Position numbers and translations under genes: made by a program. 64,000 bases of DNA from Eledone cirrhosa. Taxonomy: Eukaryota. The notes below the pieces were generated by a model, which was given only the letters and a program-made list of their open reading frames with translations, had not been told where the DNA came from and did not search any database. Below, piece after piece: positions 52,301-62,800 of the stretch (position 1 is its first letter; each line of letters opens with the position of its first letter). The stretch is from assembly GCA_964016885.1 (NCBI GenBank), contig OZ024744.1, positions 3,906,001-3,970,000 on the forward strand, read 5' to 3'.

Positions 52301-55300
52301 GCTTGGTGAAGAACGAAGTTTTGGGAGAAAACAAGGTAGAGAAAGATATCTTGGTGAAGAACGAAGTTTCGACGGAAGACAAGGTAGAGAAAGATAGCTT
52401 GGTGAAGAATGACGTTTTGTGGGAATACAAGGTAGAGAAAGATAGCTTGGTGAAGAACGAAGTTTTGTGTGAAGACAAGCTAGAGAAAGATAGCTTGGTG
52501 AAGAACGAAGTTTTGGGGGAAGACAAGGTAGAGAAAGATAGCTTGGTGAAGAACGAAGTTTTGGGGGAAGACAAGGTAGAGAAAGATAGCTTGGTGAAGA
52601 ACGAAGTTTTGAGGGAAGACAAGGTAGAGAAAGATAGCTTGGTGAATAACGAAGTTTTGGGAGAAGACAAGGTAGAGAAAGATAGCTTGGTAAAGAACGA
52701 TGTTTTGAGGGAAGACAAGGTAGAGAAAGATAGCTTGGTGAAGAACAACGTTTTGAGGGAAGACAAGGTAGAGAAAGATAGCTTGGTGAAGAACGACGTT
52801 TTGTGGGAAGACAAGGTAGAGAAAGATAGCTTGGTGAAGAACGAAGTTTTGGGGGAAGGCAAGGTAGAGAAAGATAGCTTGCGAAGAACGAAGTTTTGGG
52901 GGAAGACAAGGTAGAGAAAGACAGCTTGGTGAAGAACGAAGTTTTGGGGGAAGACAAGGTAGAGAAAGATAGCTTGGTGAAGAACGACGTTTTGAGGGAA
53001 GACAAGTTAGAGAAAGATAGCTTGGTGAAGAACAAAGTTTTGACGGAAGACAAGGTAGAGAAAGATAGCTTGGTGAAGAATGACGTTTTGTGGGAAGACA
53101 AGGTAGAGAAAGATAGCTTGGTGAAGAACGAAGTTTTGTATGAAGACAAGCTAGAGAAAGATAGCTTGGTGAAGAACGAAGTTTTAGGGGAAGACAAGGT
53201 AGAGAAAGATAGCTTGGTGAAGAACGAAGTTTTTGGGGAAGACAAGGTAGAGAAAGATAGCTTGGTGAAGAACGAAGTTTTGTATGAAGACAAGCTAGAG
53301 AAAGATAGCTTGGTGAAGAACGAAGTTTTAGGGGAAGACAAGGTAGAGAAAGATAGCTTGGTGAAGAACGAAGTTTTGGGGGAAGACAAGGTAGAGAAAG
53401 ATAGCTTGGTGAAGAACAAAGTTTTGGGGGAAGACAAGGTAGAGAAAGATAGCTTGGTGAAGAACGAAGTTTTGAGGGAAGACGAGGTAGAGAAAGATAG
53501 CTTGGTGAAGAACGAAGTTTTGGGGGAAGACAAGGTAGAGAAAGATAGCTTGGTGAAGAACGAAGTTTTGGGGGAAGACAAGGTAGAGAAAGATAGCTTG
53601 GTGAAGAACGACGTTTTGAGGGAAGACAAGGTCGTGAAAGATAGCTTGGTGAAGAACGAAGTTCTGAGGGAAGACAAGGCAGAGAAAGATAGCTTGGTGA
53701 AGAACGAAGTTTTGGGAGAAAACAAGGTAGAGAAAGATATCTTGGTGAAGAACGAAGTTTCGACGGAAGACAAGGTAGAGAAAGATAGCTTGGTGAAGAA
53801 TGACGTTTTGTGGGAAGACAAGGTAGAGAAAGATAGCTTGGTGAAGAACGAAGTTTTGTGTGAAGACAAGCTAGAGAAAGATAGCTTGGTGAAGAACGAA
53901 GTTTTGGGGGAAGACAAGGTAGAGAAAGATAGCTTGGTGAATAACGAAGTTTTGGGAGAAGACAAGGTAGAGAAAGATAGCTTGGTGAAGAACGATGTTT
54001 TGAGGGAAGACAAGGTAGAGAAAGATAGCTTGGTGAAGAACGACGTTTTGAGGGAAGACAAGGTAGAGAAAGATAGCTTGGTGAAGAACGACGTTTTGTG
54101 GGAAGACAAGGTAGAGAAAGATAGCTTGGTGAAGAACGAAGTTTTGGGGGAAGGCAAGGTAGAGAAAGATAGCTTGCGAAGAACGAAGTTTTGGGGGAAG
54201 ACAAGGTAGAGAAAGATAGCTTGGTGAAGAACGAAGTTTTGGGGGAAGACAAGGTAGAGAAAGATAGCTTCGTGAAGAACGTCGTTTTGAGGGAAGACAA
54301 GTTAGAGAAAGATAGCTTGGTGAAGAACGAAGTTTTGACGGAAGACAAGGTAGAGAAAGATAGCTTGGTGAAGAATGACGTTTTGTGGGAAGACAAGGTA
54401 GAGAAAGATAGCTTGGTGAAGAACGAAGTTTTGTATGAAGACAAGCTAGAGAAAGATAGCTTGGTGAAGAACGAAGTTTTAGGGGAAGACAAGGTAGAGA
54501 AAGATAGCTTGGTGAAGAACGAAGTTTTGGGGGAAGACAAGGTAGAGAAAGATAGCTTGGTGTAGAACGAAGTTTTGTATGAAGACAAGCTAGAGAAAGA
54601 TAGCTTGGTGAAGAACGAAGTTTTAGGGGAAGACAAGGTAGAGAAAGATAGCTTGGTGAAGAACGTAGTTTTGGGGGAAGACAAGGTAGAGAAAGATAGC
54701 TTGGTGAAGAACAAAGTTTTGGGGGAAGACAAGGTAGAGAAAGATAGCTTGGTGAAGAACGAAGTTTTGAGGGAAGACGAGGTAGAGAAAGATAGCTTGG
54801 TGAAGAACGAAGTTTTGGGGGAAGACAAGGTAGAGAAAGATAGCTTGGTGAAGAATGAAGTTTTGGGGGAAGACAAGGTAGAGAAAGATAGCTTGGTGAA
54901 GAACGACGTTTTGAGGGAAGACAAGGTCGTGAAAGATAGCTTGGTGAAGAACGAAGTTTTGGGGGAAGACAAGGTAGAGAAAGATAGCTTGGTGAAGAAC
55001 GAAGTTTTGGGGGAAGACGAGGTAGAGAAAGATAGCTTGGTGAATAACGAAGTTTTGGGGGAAGACAAGGTCGAAAAAGATAGCTTGGTGAAGAACGAAG
55101 TTTTGAGGGAAGACAAGGTAGAGAAAGATAGCTTGGTGAAGAACGAAGTTTTGGGGGAAGACAAGGTAGAGAAAGATAGCTTGGTGAAGAACGAAGTTTT
55201 GAGGGAAGACAAAGTAGAGAAAGATAGCTTGGTGAAGAACGACGTTGTGTGGGAAGACAAGGTAGAGAAAGATAGCTTGGTGAAGAACGAAGTTTTGTGG

Positions 55301-55500
55301 GAAGACAAGGTAGAGAAAGATAGCTTGGTGAAGAACGAAGTTTTGGGGGAAGACAAGGTAGAGAAAGATAGCTTGGTGAAGAACGAAGTTTTGGGGGAAG
55401 ACGAGATAGAGAAAGATAGCTTGGTGAACAAGAAAGTTTTGGGGGAAGACAAGGTAGAGAAAGATAGCTTGGTGAAGAACGAAGTTTTGGGGAAGACAAT
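46305..55500 (+). repeat. Mosaic of overlapping block duplications: 2,782-bp (58-mer), 3,552-bp (74-mer), 385-bp (8-mer) and 1,295-bp (27-mer) offsets
   Basis: 46928/49710 and 47407/50189 differ by 2782. The GTGTAGAAA allele at 48421/51973 differs by 3552. The GTTCCTG insertion allele at 51215/51600 differs by 385. 52896/54191 differ by 1295. Confidence 0.82.
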
Positions 55501-56899
55501 GTAGAGAAAGATAGCTTGGTGAAGAACGAAGTTTTGGGGGAAGACAAGGTAGAGAAAGATAGCTTGGTGAAGAACGAAGGTTTGAGGGAAGACAAGGTAG
55601 AGAAAGATAGCTTGGTGAAGAACGAAGTTTTGGGAGAAGACAAGGTAGAGAAAGATATCTTGGTGAAGAACGAAGTTTTGACGGAAGACAAGGTAGAGAA
55701 AGATAGCTTGGTGAAGAATGACGTTTTGTGGGAAGACAAGGTAGAGAAAGATAGCTTGGTGAAGAACGACGTTTTGTGGGAAGACAAGGTAGAGAAAGAT
55801 AGCTTGGTGAAGAACGAAGTTTTGTGGGAAGACAAGGTAGAGAAAGATAGCTTGGTGAAGAACGAAGTTTTGGGAGAAGACAAGGTAGAGAAAGATATCT
55901 TGGTGAAGAACGAAGTTTTGACGGAAGGCAAGGTAGAGAAAGATAGCTTGGTGAAGAACGAAGTTTTGGGAGAAGACAAGGTAGAGAAAGATATCTTGGT
56001 GAAGAACGAAGTTTTGTGTGAAGACAAGCTAGAGAAAGATAGCTTGGTGAAGAATGACGTTTTGTGGGAAGACAAGGTAGAGAAAGATAGCTTGGTGAAG
56101 AACGAAGTTTTGTGGGAAGACAAGGTAGAGAAAGATAGCTTGGTGAAGAACGAAGTTTTGGGGGAAGACAAGGTAGAGAAAGATAGCTTGGTGAAGAACG
56201 AAGTTTTGGGGGAAGACAAGGTAGAGAAAGATAGCTTGTTGAAGAACGAAGTTCTGAGGGAAGGCAAGGTAGAGAAAGATAGCTTGGTGAAGAACGAAGT
56301 TTTGGGAGAAGACAAGGTAGAGAAAGATATCTTGGTGAAGAACGAAGTTTTGTGTGAAGACAAGCTAGAGAAAGATAGCTTGGTGAAGAACGAATTTTTG
56401 GGGGAAGACAAGGTAGAGAAAGATAGCTTGGTGAAGAACGACGTTTTGAGGGAAGACAAGGTAGAGAAAGATAGCTTGGTGAAGAATGACGTTTTGTGGG
56501 AAGACAAGGTAGACAAAGATAGCTTGGTGAAGAACGAAGTTTTGTGTGAAGACAAGCTAGAGAAAGATAGCTTGGTGAAGAACGAAGTTTTGGGGGAAGA
56601 CAAGGTAGAGAAAGATAGATTGGTGAAGAACAAAGTTTTGAGGGATGACAAGGTAGAGAAAGATGACTTGGTGAAGAACGAAGCTTTGGGGGAAAACAAG
56701 GTAGAGAAAGATAGCTTGGTGAAGAACGACGTTTTGAGGGAAGACAAAATAGAGAAAGATAGCTTGGTGAAGAACGACGTTTTGTGGGATGACAAGGTAG
56801 AGAAAGATGACTTGGTGAAGAACGAAGTTTTGGGGGAAGACAATGTAGATAAAGATAGCTTGGTGAAGAACGAAGTTTTGGGGAAGACAATGTAGAGAA

Positions 56900-59800
56900 A
56901 GATAGCTTGGTGAAGAACGAAGTTTTGGGGGAAGACAAGGTAGAGAAAGATAGCTTGGTGAAGAACGAAGTTCTGAGGGAAGACAAGGTAGAGAAAGATA
57001 GCTTGGTGAAGAACGACGTTTTGTGGGAAGACAAGGTAGAGAAAGATATCTTGGTGAAGAACGAAGTTTTGACGGAAGACAAGGTAGAGAAAGATAGCTT
57101 GCGAAGAACGAAGTTTTGGGGGAAGACAAGGTAGAGAAAGATAGCTTGGTGATGAACGAAGTTTTGTGGGAGGACAAGGTAGAGAAAGATAGCTTGGTGA
57201 AGAACGACGTTTTGAGGGAAGACAAGGTAGAGAAAGATAGCTTGGTGAAGAACGAAGTTTTGACGGAAGACAAGGTAGAGAAAGATAGCTTGGTGAAGAA
57301 TGACGTTTTGTGGGAAGACAAGGTAGAGAAAGATAGCTTGGTGAAGAACGAAGTTTTGAGGGAAGACAAGGTAGAGAAAGATAGCTTGGTGAATAACGAG
57401 GTTTTGGGGGAAGACAAGGTCGAAAAAGATAGCTTGGTGAAGAACGAAGTTTTGAGGGAAGACAAGGTAGAGAAAGATAGCTTGGTGAAGAACGAAGTTT
57501 TGGGGGAAGACAAGGTAGAGAAAGATAGCTTGGTGAAGAACGAAGTTTTGAGGGAAGACAAAGTAGAGAAAGATAGCTTGGTGAAGAACGACGTTTTGTG
57601 GGAAGACAAGGTAGAGAAAGATAGCTTGGTGAAGAACGAAGTTTTGTGGGAAGACAAGGTAGAGAAAGATAGCTTGGTGAAGAACGAAGTTTTGGGGGAA
57701 GACAAGGTAGAGAAAGATAGCTTGGTGAAGAACGAAGTTTTGGGGGAAGACGAGGTAGAGAAAGATAGCTTGGTGAACAAGGAAGTTTTGGGGGAAGACA
57801 AGGTAGAGAAAGATAGCTTGGTGAAGAACGAAGTTTTGGGGAAGACAATGTAGAGAAAGATAGCTTGGTGAAGAACGAAGTTTTGGGGGAAGACAAGGTA
57901 GAGAAAGATAGCTTGGTGAAGAACGAAGGTTTGAGGGAAGACAAGGTAGAGAAAGATAGCTTGGTGAAGAACGAAGTTTTGGGAGAAGACAAGGTAGAGA
58001 AAGATAGCTTGGTGAAGAATGACGTTTTGTGGGAAGACAAGGTAGAGAAAGATAGCTTGGTGAAGAACGACGTTTTGTGGGAAGACAAGGTAGAGAAAGA
58101 TAGCTTGGTGAAGAACGAAGTTTTGTGGGAAGACAAGGTAGAGAAAGATAGATTGGTGAAGAACAAAGTTTTGAGGGATGACAAGGTAGAGAAAGATGAC
58201 TTGGTGAAGAACGAAGTTTTGGGGGAAAACAAGGTAGAGAAAGATAGCTTGGTGAAGAACGACGTTTTGAGGGAAGACAAAATAGAGAAAGATAGCTTGG
58301 TGAAGAACGACGTTTTGTGGGAAGACAAGGTAGAGAAAGATATCTTGGTGAAGAACGAAGTTTTGACGGAAGACAAGGTAGAGAAAGATAGCTTGCGAAG
58401 AACGAGGTTTTGGGGGAAGACAAGGTAGAGAAAGATAGCTTGGTGATGAACGAAGTTTTGTGGGAGGACAAGGTAGAGAAAGATAGCTTGGTGAAGAACG
58501 ACGTTTTGAGGGAAGACAAGGTAGAGAAAGATAGCTTGGTGAAGAACGAAGTTTTGACGGAAGACAAGGTAGAGAAAGATAGCTTGGTGAAGAATGACGT
58601 TTTGTGGGAAGACAAGGTAGAGAAAGATAGCTTGGTGAAGAACGACGTTTTGAGGGAAGACAAGGTAGAGAAAGATAGCTTGGTGAAGAACGAAGTTTTG
58701 GGGAAGACAATGTAGAGAAAGATAGCTTGGTGAAGAACGAAGTTTTGGGGGAAGACAAGGTAGAGAAATATAGCTTGGTGAAGAACGAAGTTCTGAGGGA
58801 AGACAAGGTAGAGAAAGATAGCTTGGTGAAGAACGACGTTTTGTGGGAAGACAAGGTAGAGAAAGATATCTTGGTGAAGAACGAAGTTTTGACGGAAGAC
58901 AAGGTAGAGAAAGATAGCTTGCGAAGAACGAAGTTTTGGGGGAAGACAAGGTAGAGGAAGATAGCTTGGTGATGAACGAAGTTTTGTGGGAGGACAAGGT
59001 AGAGAAAGATAGCTTGGTGAAGAACGACGTTTTGAGGGAAGACAAGGTAGAGAAAGATAGCTTGGTGAAGAACGAAGTTTTGACGGAAGACAAGGTAGAG
59101 AAAGATAGCTTGGTGAAGAATGACGTTTTGTGGGAAGACAAGGTAGAGAAAGATAGCTTGGTGAAGAACGAAGTTTTGAGGGAAGACAAGGTAGAGAAAG
59201 ATAGCTTGGTGAATAACGAAGTTTTGGGGGAAGACAAGGTCGAAAAAGATAGCTTGGTGAAGAACGAAGTTTTGAGGGAAGACAAGGTAGAGAAAGATAG
59301 CTTGGTGAAGAACGAAGTTTTGGGGGAAGACAAGGTAGAGAAAGATAGCTTGGTGAAGAACGAAGTTTTGAGGGAAGACAAAGTAGAGAAAGATAGCTTG
59401 GTGAAGAACGACGTTTTGTGGGAAGACAAGGTAGAGAAAGATAGCTTGGTGAAGAACGAAGTTTTGTGGGAAGACAAGGTAGAGAAAGATAGCTTGGTGA
59501 ATAACGAAGTTTTGGGAGAAGACAAGGTAGAGAAAGATAGCTTGGTGAAGAACGAAGTTTTGGGGGAAGACAAGGTAGAGAAAGATAGCTTGGTGAAGAA
59601 CGAAGTTTTGAGGGAAGACAAGGTAGAGAAAGATAGCTTGGTGAAGAACGATGTTTTGAGGGAAGACAAGGTAGAAAAAGAGAGCTTGGTGAAGAACGAC
59701 GTTTTGATGAAAGACAAGGTAGAGAAAGATAGCTTGGTGAAGAATGACGTTTTGTGGGAAGACAAGGTAGAGAAAGATAGCTTGGTGAAGAACGACGTTT

Positions 59801-62800
59801 TGTGGGAAGACAAGGTAGAGAAAGATAGATTGGTGAAGAACAAAGTTTTGAGGGATGACAAGGTAGAGAAAGATGACTTGGTGAAGAACGAAGTTTTGGG
59901 GGAAAACAAGGTAGAGAAAGATAGCTTGGTGAAGAACGACGTTTTGAGGGAAGACAAAATAGAGAAAGATAGCTTGGTGAAGAACGACGTTTTGTGGGAA
60001 GACAAGGTAGAGAAAGATATCTTGGTGAAGAACGAAGTTTTGACGGAAGACAAGGTAGAGAAAGATAGCTTGCGAAGAACGAAGTTTTGGGGGAAGACAA
60101 GGTAGAGAAAGATAGCTTGGTGATGAACGAAGTTTTGTGGGAGGACAAGGTAGAGAAAGATAGCTTGGTGAAGAACGACGTTTTGAGGGAAGACAAGGTA
60201 GAGAAAGATAGCTTGGTGAAGAACGAAGTTTTGACGGAAGACAAGGTAGAGAAAGATAGCTTGGTGAAGAATGACGTTTTGTGGGAAGACAAGGTAGAGA
60301 AAGATAGCTTGGTGAAGAACGAAGTTTTGAGGGAAGACAAGGTAGAGAAAGATAGCTTGGTGAAGAACGAAGTTTTGGGGAAGACAATGTAGAGAAAGAT
60401 AGCTTGGTGAAGAACGAAGTTTTGGGGGAAGACAAGGTAGAGAAAGATAGCTTGGTGAAGAACGAAGTTCTGAGGGAAGACAAGGTAGAGAAAGATAGCT
60501 TGGTGAAGAACGACGTTTTGTGGGAAGACAAGGTAGAGAAAGATATCTTGGTGAAGAACGAAGTTTTGACGGAAGACAAGGTAGAGAAAGATAGCTTGCG
60601 AAGAACGAAGTTTTGGGGGAAGACAAGGTAGAGAAAGATAGCTTGGTGATGAACGAAGTTTTGTGGGAGGACAAGGTAGAGAAAGATAGCTTGGTGAAGA
60701 ACGACGTTTTGAGGGAAGACAAGGTAGAGAAAGATAGCTTGGTGAAGAACGAAGTTTTGACGGAAGACAAGGTAGAGAAAGATAGCTTGGTGAAGAATGA
60801 CGTTTTGTGGGAAGACAAGGTAGAGAAAGATAGCTTGGTGAAGAACGAAGTTTTGAGGGAAGACAAGGTAGAGAAAGATAGCTTGGTGAATAACGAAGTT
60901 TTGGGGGAAGACAAGGTCGAAAAAGATAGCTTGGTGAAGAACGAAGTTTTGAGGGAAGACAAGGTAGAGAAAGATAGCTTGGTGAAGAACGAAGTTTTGG
61001 GGGAAGACAAGGTAGAGAAAGATAGCTTGGTGAAGAACGAAGTTTTGGGGGAAGACAAGGTAGAGAAAGATAGCTTGTTGAAGAACGAAGTTCTGAGGGA
61101 AGGCAAGGTAGAGAAAGATAGCTTGGTGAAGAACGAAGTTTTGGGAGAAGACAAGGTAGAGAAAGATATCTTGGTAAAGAACGAAGTTTTGTGTGAAGAC
61201 AAGGTAGAGAAAGATAGCTTGGTGAAGAACGAAGTTTTGGGGGAAGACAAGGTAGAGAAAGATAGCTTGGTGAAGAACGAAGTTTTGGGGGAAGACAAGG
61301 TAGAGAAATATAGCTTGGTGAAGAACGAAGTTCTGAGGGAAGACAAGGTAGAGAAAGATAGCTTGGTGAAGAACGAAGTTTTGGGGGAAGACAAGGTAGA
61401 GGAAGATAGCTTGGTGATGAACGAAGTTTTGTGGGAGGACAAGGTAGAGAAAGATAGCTTGGTGAAGAACGACGTTTTGAGGGAAGACAAGGTAGAGAAA
61501 GATAGCTTGGTGAAGAACGAAGTTTTGACGGAAGACAAGGTAGAGAAAGATAGCTTGGTGAAGAATGACGTTTTGTGGGAAGACAAGGTAGAGAAAGATA
61601 GCTTGGTGAAGAACGAAGTTTTGAGGGAAGACAAGGTAGAGAAAGATAGCTTGGTGAATAACGAAGTTTTGGGGGAAGACAAGGTCGAAAAAGATAGCTT
61701 GGTGAAGAACGAAGTTTTGAGGGAAGACAAGGTAGAGAAAGATAGCTTGGTGAAGAACGAAGTTTTGGGGGAAGACAAGGTAGAGAAAGATAGCTTGGTG
61801 AAGAACGAAGTTTTGAGGGAAGACAAAGTAGAGAAAGATAGCTTGGTGAAGAACGACGTTTTGTGGGAAGACAAGGTAGAGAAAGATAGCTTGGTGAAGA
61901 ACGAAGTTTTGTGGGAAGACAAGGTAGAGAAAGATAGCTTGGTGAATAACGAAGTTTTGGGAGAAGACAAGGTAGAGAAAGATAGCTTGGTGAAGAACGA
62001 AGTTTTGGGGGAAGACAAGGTAGAGAAAGATAGCTTGGTGAAGAACGAAGTTTTGAGGGAAGACAAGGTAGAGAAAGATAGCTTGGTGAAGAACGATGTT
62101 TTGAGGGAAGACAAGGTAGAAAAAGAGAGCTTGGTGAAGAACGACGTTTTGATGAAAGACAAGGTAGAGAAAGATAGCTTGGTGAAGAATGACGTTTTGT
62201 GGGAAGACAAGGTAGAGAAAGATAGCTTGGTGAAGAACGACGTTTTGTGGGAAGACAAGGTAGAGAAAGATAGATTGGTGAAGAACAAAGTTTTGAGGGA
62301 TGACAAGGTAGAGAAAGATGACTTGGTGAAGAACGAAGTTTTGGGGGAAAACAAGGTAGAGAAAGATAGCTTGGTGAAGAACGACGTTTTGAGGGAAGAC
62401 AAAATAGAGAAAGATAGCTTGGTGAAGAACGACGTTTTGTGGGAAGACAAGGTAGAGAAAGATATCTTGGTGAAGAACGAAGTTTTGACGGAAGACAAGG
62501 TAGAGAAAGATAGCTTGCGAAGAACGAAGTTTTGGGGGAAGACAAGGTAGAGAAAGATAGCTTGGTGATGAACGAAGTTTTGTGGGAGGACAAGGTAGAG
62601 AAAGATAGCTTGGTGAAGAACGACGTTTTGAGGGAAGACAAGGTAGAGAAAGATAGCTTGGTGAAGAACGAAGTTTTGACGGAAGACAAGGTAGAGAAAG
62701 ATAGCTTGGTGAAGAATGACGTTTTGTGGGAAGACAAGGTAGAGAAAGATAGCTTGGTGAAGAACGAAGTTTTGAGGGAAGACAAGGTAGAGAAAGATAG